Of a stretch of DNA of 53,652 nt, positions 44,236 to 53,246 are shown piece after piece. Where the stretch lies: positions 1 through 53,652 of IMG/VR virus record IMGVR_UViG_3300020044_005691. One strand, written 5' to 3'. The DNA comes from a virus. Its lineage: Duplodnaviria; Caudoviricetes. Within the stretch, counting starts at the first letter, position 1. Every line of letters begins with the position of its first letter. Below the pieces are notes generated by a model. That model was not told where the DNA came from. It worked only from the letters and a program-made list of their open reading frames with translations, and did not search any database. The position numbers and the translations under genes are program-made.

Positions 44236-44706
44236 ATGGCGAACACCATTACCTTTACCGACATCCCGAACGCTTACCCTTACGCCTACGCGAGCACGGG
44301 CTACGTTTACAACATGAACAGCAAACGCCGCATCAAGCGACAGTGGATCGGCAACAGCTGGCGGTCCAACATCAGACGCTCCGACGGCACGACGTTTTAC
44401 TTCAGGCACGACGACATCAACTCCGCATGTAAACTTGCGGCTGTGACGGCTACTCTAGCTCGTGAAGAGCTGAGAACGATACCTGACTACCCGAGATACG
44501 CTGTGACGCCTTACGGGGCCGTCTGGTGCGTAAGAACAGGCTCTCGCGGACGGAACGCTAACGCGCCATTCATAGTGTCGGAACATTACCACCGCAACCG
44601 ACGCTTTGTAACACTCGCCAACAAGTTCGGCGACCGCCGCTCGTTCTCGACAAAGCGGCTCACGCAGCTCGTCTGGGGCGAAGACTCAAACTACGCCGGA
44701 GATTAA
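44236..44706 (+). CDS. Tandem NUMOD4-like DNA-binding protein lacking an HNH nuclease domain
   Basis: 'DIPNAY.YAYASTGYVYN' and 'TIPDYPRYAVTPYGAVW...KRLTQLVW'; the ORF ends before any HNH motif. Confidence 0.55.
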   Translation: MANTITFTDIPNAYPYAYASTGYVYNMNSKRRIKRQWIGNSWRSNIRRSDGTTFYFRHDDINSACKLAAVTATLAREELRTIPDYPRYAVTPYGAVWCVRTGSRGRNANAPFIVSEHYHRNRRFVTLANKFGDRRSFSTKRLTQLVWGEDSNYAGD

Positions 44707-44710
44707 ATGG

Positions 44711-44739
44711 TTGACACATAGTAATTAGATCGCTAGATT
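44711..44739 (+). promoter_or_regulatory. Sigma70 promoter for the portal operon (leaderless)
   Basis: TTGACA-N17-TAGATT-N6-GTG. Confidence 0.7.
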
Positions 44740-44745
44740 TTCGCC

Positions 44746-46977
44746 GTGAACCATTCGCTAGACATCGACTCGCTCAATCTTTCTGCTCTTGATGAGGCGG
44801 GCAAGCCAGTCGAATCTCGCCTGAAAGATGTCAACAGTGCCGTTGCTATCTTTCACACACTCCTTCGTGCCGACGAAAAGTCTGCCGTTAACCGCGCCCG
44901 TATTGACGCAATGTTCGACGGAGCCGCACCTTACGACATGACCCAGTTGGCGACGACGGGTCAGGCACCGAAGACCAATCTCAACTTCGGCGAAGCGCAG
45001 CGGCTGCTCGACATCTCGCTGTCTGCTTACGTCGATCTTTACAGCTCGCTCGAAAAGCTCGTTGAACTCAAAGGCACGTTCGGCGAAGAGACGCAGATCG
45101 GTGAGAAAGAGGACGTCGTTGCCGAAGAACTTACCCATTTGCTACGCAGCTGGCCGGAATTCCACAGCAGCTACTTGCGTCTCTGCACGACGTTCATCAA
45201 GCACGGCGTCGGCGTCGCTTACTTTGACTCGCCGGATGACTGGAAGTTTCGCGTCGGCGGCTTTACCGATTTGCTGATACCGCGACAAACGCCAGCATCC
45301 GAAGCCAGTGTTGACATCGCCATCGGTCGCCGCGACTACTTGCTGCACGAACTCTACGCCTTCATCAAGAATCCTGAAGCCGCCGCGAAAGTAGGCTGGA
45401 ACGTCGAAGAAGTGAAGCGGGTCATCATGCACAACGTGCGTACTACTGGCCGCAGCAACATGACTAGCGGCGGGACACTCACTGACTTTGAGGCACTACA
45501 ATCTGAAATCAAGAACAATGATCTATACACTGGTATACAAAACCCGACTGTTGCTGTTTTACATTATTGGGTTCGTGAGATGGATGGAACAGTGTCTCAC
45601 TACATCTCTGCTGAGTCTACGCCAAAAGATTTCCTATACAAGAAAGTAAGCCGCTACCCGACGCCGGAGCAAGCCTACATCATGTTCACATATGGCGTCG
45701 GATCTAATGGCACGTACCACTCGATTCGCGGCTTAGGCCAGCGCATCTTCTCTCACATCCAGACAAGCAATCGTCTCCGATGCCAACAGATCGACGGGGC
45801 AATGCTTGCGTCGGCTGTCATGATCCAGCCGGAGAACCAGCGATCGCTCGACGAGTTGCAGTTCACATTCTACGGCGCATACGCCGTCATGTCGCCGAAC
45901 GTAAAGATCGTCGAGAAAGCGATTCCCAATTTGAGCACTGCCGTGCAGCCCGCACTGCAAGATCTGTCGCAACAGCTCGCGCTCAATACCGACACAATCT
46001 CTACATATGGCCCGCAACAGGGTTCACCGTACAGGAACCAGATGCAGATTTCATCCGATATGGATGTTTCTACACGACTCAGTGGTGCTAGCTTAAACCT
46101 TTTCTATTCCAGTTGGACACGTTTGCTTCGCGAAGTTGTCCGACGGGTTGTTCAAGTAAAGCGGCCTGATAAAGCCGTTGCCGAATTCTACGCACGTTGC
46201 GAAGCACGCGGCGTTGAGAAAGAATTCATCAAGACACTAGATGTTGCCCGCACACGTGCCGTCCGTTCAATCGGCAGCGGCTCGATGGCTAACCGCATGA
46301 ACTCGCTCCGTGAGCTACAAGCCATCAGCGGACAGTTCGATGACGTGGGCCGACGGAACCTGACGCGCGATATTGTTTCGACCCGTGTCGGTCACGATCT
46401 CGCTAACCGTTATGCACCCGCAATGGAAGAGAAGCGTCCGACGATTGACTCGAAGATCGCGCTGATGGAGAACCAGATGTTGCAGTCCGGCGCACAGATC
46501 CAAGTGATCTCGAACGAATTGCACGGCGTCCATCTCGAAGCACACGTGCCAGTACTGAACCAGCTGATCGAGCAGATCAACACGGGCGCGGCCGACCCGC
46601 AACAAGCGATGCCATTGCTGCAAGCATTCTACCAGCACATCAGCCAACAGGCCGAATTTGCTTCGGGCGATCCAGCACTTCAGAGCGTTGTCGGTCAGAC
46701 GAAACAAGTCTTGCAGATCGCCGAAGAAGCGATCAACAACGTCAACAAGCATCTTGAGAAACTGCAACGCGAGCAGCAGCAGAACCCACAAGCAGCTGGC
46801 CAACAGCAACAAGTAAGCCCAGTGGACTTGAAGATGCAAGAACACGAGATGAAGATGCAGATCGCTAAACAAAAAGCAGAGCTTGACTTCCAAATCAAAC
46901 AACGTAAGTTCGATCAGGATCAAGCGATGCGCGACGCAAAAGCAGCACTTGATCTGCGTGAAAAGCACGGACAGTAA
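44746..46977 (+). CDS. Portal protein (podovirus type with C-terminal barrel helix)
   Basis: 743 aa, first gene of the head module; 'FIKHGVGVAY', 'RGLGQRIF..Q..NR' portal-like segments; Gln-rich coiled-coil tail. Confidence 0.8.
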   Translation: MNHSLDIDSLNLSALDEAGKPVESRLKDVNSAVAIFHTLLRADEKSAVNRARIDAMFDGAAPYDMTQLATTGQAPKTNLNFGEAQRLLDISLSAYVDLYSSLEKLVELKGTFGEETQIGEKEDVVAEELTHLLRSWPEFHSSYLRLCTTFIKHGVGVAYFDSPDDWKFRVGGFTDLLIPRQTPASEASVDIAIGRRDYLLHELYAFIKNPEAAAKVGWNVEEVKRVIMHNVRTTGRSNMTSGGTLTDFEALQSEIKNNDLYTGIQNPTVAVLHYWVREMDGTVSHYISAESTPKDFLYKKVSRYPTPEQAYIMFTYGVGSNGTYHSIRGLGQRIFSHIQTSNRLRCQQIDGAMLASAVMIQPENQRSLDELQFTFYGAYAVMSPNVKIVEKAIPNLSTAVQPALQDLSQQLALNTDTISTYGPQQGSPYRNQMQISSDMDVSTRLSGASLNLFYSSWTRLLREVVRRVVQVKRPDKAVAEFYARCEARGVEKEFIKTLDVARTRAVRSIGSGSMANRMNSLRELQAISGQFDDVGRRNLTRDIVSTRVGHDLANRYAPAMEEKRPTIDSKIALMENQMLQSGAQIQVISNELHGVHLEAHVPVLNQLIEQINTGAADPQQAMPLLQAFYQHISQQAEFASGDPALQSVVGQTKQVLQIAEEAINNVNKHLEKLQREQQQNPQAAGQQQQVSPVDLKMQEHEMKMQIAKQKAELDFQIKQRKFDQDQAMRDAKAALDLREKHGQ

Positions 46978-46986
46978 TTCTAACGA

Positions 46987-47247
46987 ATGCGCGACAAAGA
47001 CAAAATGGCTTGCAACAAGCCACATGCGATTTCAGATCATCCGACAAAATCGCATGTTGTCAAAGCGTGCAGTAAAGGCACAGAGAAGCTCATCTACTTT
47101 GGTCAAAAAGGCGTAAAAGGATCTCCGAAAAAAGAAAACGAAAGTGAATCATATCGCAAGCGACGTGAAGCCTTTAAGGCTCGCCACTCAAAGAACATCG
47201 CAAAGGGCGTTCTCAGTGCGGCCTATTGGGCAAATAAAATAAAATAA
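46987..47247 (+). CDS. Small basic phage protein
   Basis: 'KLIYFGQKG...RREAFKARH...SAAYWA' motif common in head regions. Confidence 0.7.
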   Translation: MRDKDKMACNKPHAISDHPTKSHVVKACSKGTEKLIYFGQKGVKGSPKKENESESYRKRREAFKARHSKNIAKGVLSAAYWANKIK

Positions 47248-47262
47248 AATGGTAAATTAAAC

Positions 47263-47565
47263 ATGGCACTCAAAAAACTAAAAACCCCGATTCCATTGGA
47301 TCGGTGGTTCAATGACATTAAATCCGTCGAATCTCTCCGCGAGCTAATCGACAGCGACTACTTCCAACAAGCGGCAGCCATATTAAAAGATACCGCTGGC
47401 CCGAACCATGCATCCTTATCCGTTTCTCCTGAAGAGAACAACTTGAGGCACGCATGGTACGCAGGCTACCGTGATGCCTTTGCCGATCTTTCCAAACTGA
47501 CTAAACTACCTATCTCAAACAACACCAACCAACTTAACGAATGGAATCACATCCTGAACCCGTAA
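47263..47565 (+). CDS. Hypothetical head-module protein
   Basis: 100 aa between portal and scaffold, 'AWYAGYRDA'. Confidence 0.7.
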   Translation: MALKKLKTPIPLDRWFNDIKSVESLRELIDSDYFQQAAAILKDTAGPNHASLSVSPEENNLRHAWYAGYRDAFADLSKLTKLPISNNTNQLNEWNHILNP

Positions 47566-48683
47566 TGACGGAACCAACAGCCGTAGATGCATTGCCAGAC
47601 ACTGGCGATAACTCTTCCTTTGAGAGCGCACTCAACAATGCGTTCGCTAGCTTAGACAATGCTACTGAGCCAAAACAAGAGCCAGCTCCAGAACCAGTAA
47701 GCAACGAAGCTGTTGAAGAAACGCCAGTTACAGCTGACGACGAGCCACTTGAATCTCTTACTGAGGATATTGGTGATGAGTGGACACCGAAAGCAGCCAA
47801 TCGTTTCAAGCAGATCAAGACAGAACTCAAGAACAGCACTGCCGAACTTGAGACGTTGCGACAAGCTAAAGTCGAGTATGAGGGCCGCATCAAAGAACTA
47901 TCGGCACTTGCTGAAAATAAAGATGTTGAAGTTCTTCAGGCACGTGTTGAAGAGTTTGAGCGTCAACAAATGTTCTCGAATCTTGAGAGCACTTCCGCTT
48001 ACAAACAAGCAATCACGCAGCCACTCGTTACAATCATGGACCAAGCGGACCAGATTGCCAGCAAGTACGACGTTGCAGCCGAAGCTTTGATCGACGTGCT
48101 CGCCATCCAAGATGCTCAAGAACAAGAAGAACGAATCGCTGAGATTCTCCCGAACGCCAGCGACCGCGACAAAGCCAAAGTCTATCGCCTGATCGAAGAG
48201 ATCAACCCGATTCTTGCACGCCGTGACTACTTAAAACAGAGTGCTGCCGAAGCGTACCAAGAGGCGCAGATGCTCGAAGAGCGTCAACAGATGGCTGAAC
48301 TTGCGGAGCGTGCGAAGACCCGACTCAACGTAACCCGCAATGTTGTCGAACGTGTTGAACAAAAGCTCCCGTTCTTGAAGAGCATCAGCGGACTCGACAT
48401 GTCAGCCATCCGCGACAAAGCGGCAGCCGCCGATCCGGCATCCGTGCATCCCGTAGACTTTGCCTACAACGCGGTATCTGCACAGCTCTTGCCAACCGTT
48501 GTTCGTGAGTATGCCGCACTACGCAAAGAGGTCGAATCTCTGACCGACCGTCTTGCAGAGTACGAGAGTGCAGAGCCAACGATGTCCGGCAACACTCCAT
48601 CTTCCCGTCGAGCTGCCCAGTTCGGCAACGTCGATGCCTCATTTGAGGATCGCGTGAATGCAGCTTTCTCCGCTATTGGGTAG
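47565..48683 (+). CDS. Capsid scaffolding protein
   Basis: Acidic Pro-rich N-terminus, long coiled coil, directly upstream of the MCP; TAATG overlap start (alternative start 47541). Confidence 0.7.
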   Translation: MTEPTAVDALPDTGDNSSFESALNNAFASLDNATEPKQEPAPEPVSNEAVEETPVTADDEPLESLTEDIGDEWTPKAANRFKQIKTELKNSTAELETLRQAKVEYEGRIKELSALAENKDVEVLQARVEEFERQQMFSNLESTSAYKQAITQPLVTIMDQADQIASKYDVAAEALIDVLAIQDAQEQEERIAEILPNASDRDKAKVYRLIEEINPILARRDYLKQSAAEAYQEAQMLEERQQMAELAERAKTRLNVTRNVVERVEQKLPFLKSISGLDMSAIRDKAAAADPASVHPVDFAYNAVSAQLLPTVVREYAALRKEVESLTDRLAEYESAEPTMSGNTPSSRRAAQFGNVDASFEDRVNAAFSAIG

Positions 48684-48706
48684 GTAATCACAATAGTTAA
48701 AGGAGA

Positions 48707-48745
48707 AACCCGTTACCGCACCGTGTGGTAACGGGTTATTATTTT
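48707..48745 (+). terminator. Intrinsic terminator after the scaffold gene
   Basis: AACCCGTTACCGCAC-C-GTGTGGTAACGGGTT followed by a T-rich tail. Confidence 0.7.
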
Positions 48746-48791
48746 ATAGTTGACATATTTTTAATTTCTGCTACTTCTTTTCTTGTCCATC

Positions 48792-48934
48792 GACTGCGGT
48801 TGCTCTAGCCATTGATTAGTTCTATAAGTCTCGGACGATTGGTAACTACGTTTACCGAAACTCACATAGGTTCTGCACGGTTGCTCTAGCCATTAAGTAG
48901 TTCTACAATACGCAAAACCGCCCAGTAATCGTCT
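48792..48934 (+). ncRNA. Putative structured cis-regulatory leader of the capsid gene with a duplicated 28-nt motif
   Basis: CGGTTGCTCTAGCCATTrAkTAGTTCTA at 48797 and 48878, each closed by a different stem; TTGACA at 48750. Confidence 0.55.
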
Positions 48935-48972
48935 GTTTTTTATTTCAACACAATCTCAACTAACCTACTAAT

Positions 48973-50313
48973 ATGCCCCTATACGATCTCGGTTCCGCAG
49001 GAACCACCGCAATCAACACAATTCTCGCCGAAGAGGCAAACCGCATCGGCAAAGACATCTACAAGCGCACGCTGCACACCAGCCCGTGGATGGACCTCAT
49101 CAAACAATCCGCGTTTCCTGATGGCATGGGCTATCAGCTGACGACACTTGTTTATGACCGTGCGATCCCAACAACTGACGCTGGTGGATCCACTGTCGGT
49201 GTTTCTTGGAACTCTCTCGGTGCTATTAACGCATCGGCAAACTCCTTCAACACTTCGCTCGTTGACACACAGCCTCTCAAAGATGCTGCGAACACTGTCA
49301 CTGGTGGGCGCGGTACTGGTTCCGACCAACGCTCGTACCTCCAGTTCAGCAAGCAACTCAAGAACTACAGCATCTCGCGTGCTGTCATTGAGTCGCCCCG
49401 TATCAATCTCGAAGACCTCCGCTTCGCTGCTTACCGTACAGAACAGCTCCGTGCTATCATGGATCTGATGACTGAGTCGAGCCGCTACACATGGGAAAAC
49501 CGCTACCGTGATGAGTTCGATAAGACCGCTGGCGTCTTTGTTCCATGTCTTACAACGGGTACTCCAATTCTTACAACCGTTGATGCACTTGCATCGACTA
49601 ATAACACAGCCGACAATCTTAAAGAAGGTCTTAGTATTGTTGGAATCAAAACAAATACTTCTGGTGCTTCCAATGCTGACGTCACGCCGACGGCTAACGT
49701 CTCGAACAAGATTCTTGACCAGATCTATTTCCAACTTGTCCGTAAAGGTGCAGGCATGGATTCGTACGGTAAAGAAAACGGTCGCCCAGTGTTTGCACTT
49801 GCAATCAGCTCGGAAGCTTCTTACGCGCTGCAAACCGAAGCGGGTTTCCGTGACGATGTTCGCTACAACAGCTCCAAAGTTAGCGATCTGATTGCACCGC
49901 TCGGCGTTGAGAAAGCCTTCCGTGGTTTCTACCATCTGGTTGACGATCTTGCTCCGCGTTTTACGATCTCATCCGGTACTGTTACCCGTGTTCAGCCTTA
50001 CACCTCTTCAAGTGGTGTCTCCAGCTACAACCCAGCATATGACACAGCTCCGTTTGAAGCTGCTTATGTGATCCACCCACAAGTTATGGAGTCGCAGATT
50101 CCTAACCCATTGAGCGGATCGAACGGCCTGACCTTCAACCCCGTCAGCTATCGCGGTGACTTCAAGTGGACCAACATCCTCAACGAAACCAACAACCCCG
50201 ACGGCACGAACGGCTTCTTCCGTGGCATTCTTGCCAGCGCGACTAAGCCAATCAAGACAGAGTTCGGTTACGCTATCTTGTTCAAGCGCGACAGCACAAC
50301 CCCTGCTGCTTAA
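48973..50313 (+). CDS. Major capsid protein
   Basis: 446 aa after portal and scaffold; strongly biased codons; long leader; its own terminator. Confidence 0.85.
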   Translation: MPLYDLGSAGTTAINTILAEEANRIGKDIYKRTLHTSPWMDLIKQSAFPDGMGYQLTTLVYDRAIPTTDAGGSTVGVSWNSLGAINASANSFNTSLVDTQPLKDAANTVTGGRGTGSDQRSYLQFSKQLKNYSISRAVIESPRINLEDLRFAAYRTEQLRAIMDLMTESSRYTWENRYRDEFDKTAGVFVPCLTTGTPILTTVDALASTNNTADNLKEGLSIVGIKTNTSGASNADVTPTANVSNKILDQIYFQLVRKGAGMDSYGKENGRPVFALAISSEASYALQTEAGFRDDVRYNSSKVSDLIAPLGVEKAFRGFYHLVDDLAPRFTISSGTVTRVQPYTSSSGVSSYNPAYDTAPFEAAYVIHPQVMESQIPNPLSGSNGLTFNPVSYRGDFKWTNILNETNNPDGTNGFFRGILASATKPIKTEFGYAILFKRDSTTPAA

Positions 50314-50321
50314 CTAAACCT

Positions 50322-50358
50322 GTAAGGGGTTCCCTGAATGGGGAACCCCTTACTTTTT
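50322..50358 (+). terminator. Intrinsic terminator after the MCP gene
   Basis: GTAAGGGGTTCCC/GGGAACCCCTTAC followed by T5. Confidence 0.9.
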
Positions 50359-50381
50359 CAAAACCATAACTACATACAATT

Positions 50382-50804
50382 ATGCCTACTCTCGACGATC
50401 TCCCAACACTTGCTGCAATCACACCTTCTGGTGATGACTTGTTTCCAATCTACGACTTGACGGGCACTGGTTCGTCAAAGGTTCGTAAGGTTGCTTTGAA
50501 CCAGATCAACGGTCTCAGTTCGACTGGCGATGTTGTGACTGCTGTTGCTGGCACGATCCCTGTGACCTCTAAGCTCACTCTGATTACTTCTGGCACGACC
50601 AGTACTGTCAACCTCCCGCTCCCTTCTGGAGTTATTCGTGACATCATCGTCATGAACGGTGGTTCCGGTACGGCTACTGCCACATCAGCGACAGCGAACA
50701 TCAAAACATCTGCTGCAACTACTGCCGCAACTACTGCTGGTATCCTTACAGCTACTACCGCTCGCTTCTTGAGCGATGGTACGTTCTGGTATCGCACCCA
50801 CTAA
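50382..50804 (+). CDS. Putative capsid decoration / minor virion protein
   Basis: Thr/Ala-rich, 'DDLFPIYD...KV', C-terminal 'SDGTFWY'; follows the MCP. Confidence 0.55.
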   Translation: MPTLDDLPTLAAITPSGDDLFPIYDLTGTGSSKVRKVALNQINGLSSTGDVVTAVAGTIPVTSKLTLITSGTTSTVNLPLPSGVIRDIIVMNGGSGTATATSATANIKTSAATTAATTAGILTATTARFLSDGTFWYRTH

Positions 50805-50816
50805 ACCCCCAATCAT

Positions 50817-50853
50817 GCACCGTGTACCGTAATTGGTACACGGTGCTTCTCTT
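50817..50853 (+). terminator. Intrinsic terminator
   Basis: GCACCGTGTACC/GGTACACGGTGC followed by TTCTCTT. Confidence 0.7.
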
Positions 50854-50868
50854 AACCTAAACACTTTT

Positions 50869-51744
50869 ATGGCTTCATTCTCTGAAGATCTAGCTAAGCT
50901 TATCGAAGACGCGCTGGCTAAAAATAGTTCGTCTAATAATGACAATAAAGCCGCGCTCGTCGGTGGTACTGCCGCTGCTTTTAAGGCCCAACAAATGGCA
51001 GACCTAAAAGCTGCTGATCTCGCTCGAAAATCTGGCGAGTCTGTTAAACCAACAAGTCAAGCACTCACTACTCGCGGTGCTGGTGGTTCTGGTTCTGGCG
51101 CACTCCAAATTGGAGAAGGCACAAGCGCGGGCAACCAACTAGCTCAACGTGCTGGCGGCGAACTCACTGAGTACGAAGCACGCAATATGCGTAATGTTAC
51201 GCCGCGATCTGGTGCTGGCGTCGGTGCTATTTCTTCCGGAGCTGCTGTAATGAATCCAGTAGCAGCTGGAGGAGCCACGTTGCTCGCTACTTCTCCTCAG
51301 TTAGGAGTAGGTGATTACGTTACGACAGAAGACGATGTTCGCAATATGCGCGTCAAAACTCCAGATGAACTCGCAGCTATGGGTTCTGGAGCTGATACTC
51401 TTAACCGTTTGCTCGCAGGCGTTGAGCGTGATAAAGCAATCGCTCCGTTTATGAAGGAAGTTAATTCGGCTGCTGGCCCAATTAGTGCGCCAGAGATCAC
51501 AGACCGCAAAGCGATGCAGTCTGCGACTAAACGATATACTGTTCTCGATATGAAAAAAGTAGAACCCGTTGACATGAGCAAAGCGGAACAGCTCTTCAAA
51601 ACGACACACGGATCTGCCTTTGATCCTAAGTCCAGCATGGACAAACGGAAGATGGAAGAAATTACTGGCTTGCTTTCTAAAGCTGGTTCCGACAAACTCA
51701 CACCGAACCAATTTGCGCTGAAAATCTACCGATCCCACAAATAA
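50869..51744 (+). CDS. Hypothetical protein
   Basis: Start set at MASFSE; low-complexity N-terminal part and a compact C-terminal domain (FKTTHG.AFDPKS..D..K...TPNQFAL.IYR). Confidence 0.7.
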   Translation: MASFSEDLAKLIEDALAKNSSSNNDNKAALVGGTAAAFKAQQMADLKAADLARKSGESVKPTSQALTTRGAGGSGSGALQIGEGTSAGNQLAQRAGGELTEYEARNMRNVTPRSGAGVGAISSGAAVMNPVAAGGATLLATSPQLGVGDYVTTEDDVRNMRVKTPDELAAMGSGADTLNRLLAGVERDKAIAPFMKEVNSAAGPISAPEITDRKAMQSATKRYTVLDMKKVEPVDMSKAEQLFKTTHGSAFDPKSSMDKRKMEEITGLLSKAGSDKLTPNQFALKIYRSHK

Positions 51745-52007
51745 TGTCCATCTATATCCCAATTCCAGAAGGTCTTCAGATTCCTGAAGGCGACATGTTT
51801 GATCTTACCACTACTTACCGTATTGATGAAGGTCAGCTTTCACCAGTAGCTGTTGATGGAATTCCACTCGCTGATGCCGAAGATCCAGAGACAGCTAAGA
51901 TGAATGAGCAAGAAATGTCTTCTGGCCAAGAAATGCCGGAAGGCGAAGATGGCGGGGGCTTCCAAGCAGCCATCGAAAAAGCAATGGCAGCTAAAGCAAA
52001 GCGATAA
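51744..52007 (+). CDS. Acidic hypothetical protein (paralog of 52182-52526)
   Basis: Shared 'IPIPxGLQxP' start and 'AIExxMA' end. Confidence 0.75.
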   Translation: MSIYIPIPEGLQIPEGDMFDLTTTYRIDEGQLSPVAVDGIPLADAEDPETAKMNEQEMSSGQEMPEGEDGGGFQAAIEKAMAAKAKR

Positions 52008-52012
52008 GACCG

Positions 52013-52180
52013 ATGATTAACAGATGTTTTAACGCCTTTACAGGAATAACATTCCCAACATTGGGTGTCATCACATCGTTCCAAGACCAACTAGATACCC
52101 ATTTGAGGACTGCCTCATTAGTTGTTGGGCTTCTAGTTGGTCTTGTTTCTCTCTATAGACAGCTTAGTAAAATAAAGTAG
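52013..52180 (+). CDS. Small membrane protein (55 aa), holin-like
   Basis: Translated by hand: MINRCFNAFTGITFPTLGVITSFQDQLDTHLRTASLVVGLLVGLVSLYRQLSKIK; hydrophobic segments and a basic C-terminus. Confidence 0.6.
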   Translation: MINRCFNAFTGITFPTLGVITSFQDQLDTHLRTASLVVGLLVGLVSLYRQLSKIK

Positions 52181-52181
52181 T

Positions 52182-52526
52182 ATGCACATTCCAATCCCAT
52201 CTGGACTTCAATTGCCTCAAGACGCAGCAATGAAACCGTTTAAGCTTACTGGCACATTCATCATGATGCACGGTAAGCTAATGCCGCTAGAGTTGGGGGG
52301 CGTGGCACTTGATGATACTGAAGAGCATGATAAGCACGAGTCTGCTGAGTCTTCCGACTATGAAGAGGGCGAAGACAGTGGTGAAGAATCTGAAGAGTGC
52401 TGTTCTGAATGTGGCGGTAAAATGAAGGGTACTGTCGGTATGTCAAAGATGGGCGGCCAAGATGAAGCTGGAAAAGGCGGTAACTCGTTTGTCGTCGCCA
52501 TTGAGCGGTCAATGGCAAAACGGTAA
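52182..52526 (+). CDS. Acidic hypothetical protein with CxxC (paralog of 51744-52007)
   Basis: See paralog; carries CCSECGG. Confidence 0.75.
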   Translation: MHIPIPSGLQLPQDAAMKPFKLTGTFIMMHGKLMPLELGGVALDDTEEHDKHESAESSDYEEGEDSGEESEECCSECGGKMKGTVGMSKMGGQDEAGKGGNSFVVAIERSMAKR

Positions 52527-52533
52527 ATTGTAG

Positions 52534-53202
52534 ATGTCAGCATATGTAACCAATTTCGATATAATCTGTCCTTATGGGCCGAATGGATCTGAAATTGATG
52601 ACGAAACTTTTAATCATTTTCAAAGCCTTAAAAATGAAGACAAAGCTGTTCTCGACCAAATATCAGTTGATACTTATTTGAGTTGGAGATTCAAAGCTAA
52701 AAAAGTTAGCGTTTATTCAAAAGACAAACTTTATACGCCAATTCCTATAGGCGGTGAGACAATCTTCACTGGCACGATGGCGAAATTTGATAATGGAACG
52801 CCTATTGAAATAGCGGATAATAGAGCCGTTCCGCTATTTGAATACGACAACAATAAAAACGGCTTGGTTTCATACGACCCACTTAGTAGAAACTATTACG
52901 GTAGTGGTACTCTTAACCCCGCGCAAGCAGGACTGCCTACAGTAGATATTACGACAGCATCAGTTGGTTTTTCTGTATTCTTACATAAAGATATATTTTA
53001 TTTTTATTTCCCAAAGCCGTATAAAACTACAGGCACACCATATACTTTTTCTTATTCTTTCGATGAAAGTAAATTTACAATGAGCTTTGAGACGCATTTC
53101 ATTACTTCTTTTACAAATCTTACGCTCAATCCTTTGGGAGATCTTGCTGAAGGCAATTCCGAAGTAAACATACTCGACACATTTCCTGATACGATAAGCT
53201 GA
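52534..53202 (+). CDS. Hypothetical AT-rich protein
   Basis: 222-aa ORF, aromatic and beta-strand-rich. Confidence 0.7.
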   Translation: MSAYVTNFDIICPYGPNGSEIDDETFNHFQSLKNEDKAVLDQISVDTYLSWRFKAKKVSVYSKDKLYTPIPIGGETIFTGTMAKFDNGTPIEIADNRAVPLFEYDNNKNGLVSYDPLSRNYYGSGTLNPAQAGLPTVDITTASVGFSVFLHKDIFYFYFPKPYKTTGTPYTFSYSFDESKFTMSFETHFITSFTNLTLNPLGDLAEGNSEVNILDTFPDTIS

Positions 53203-53246
53203 ACTTGAGACTTGCATCCTGATTACTTTAGCATATACTCACGGAC

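Noticed and set aside
48797-48905. 28-nt repeat pair as a phage mini-CRISPR array
   Set aside because: Only two imperfect copies; the 53-nt interval is long and base-pairs with the flanks; the position in the capsid leader fits a cis-regulatory RNA better.
48979-49935. 318-aa antisense ORF over the capsid gene (and similar shadow ORFs over terL, portal and the giant gene)
   Set aside because: Antisense shadows expected from the codon bias of the real genes; no motifs or start signals.
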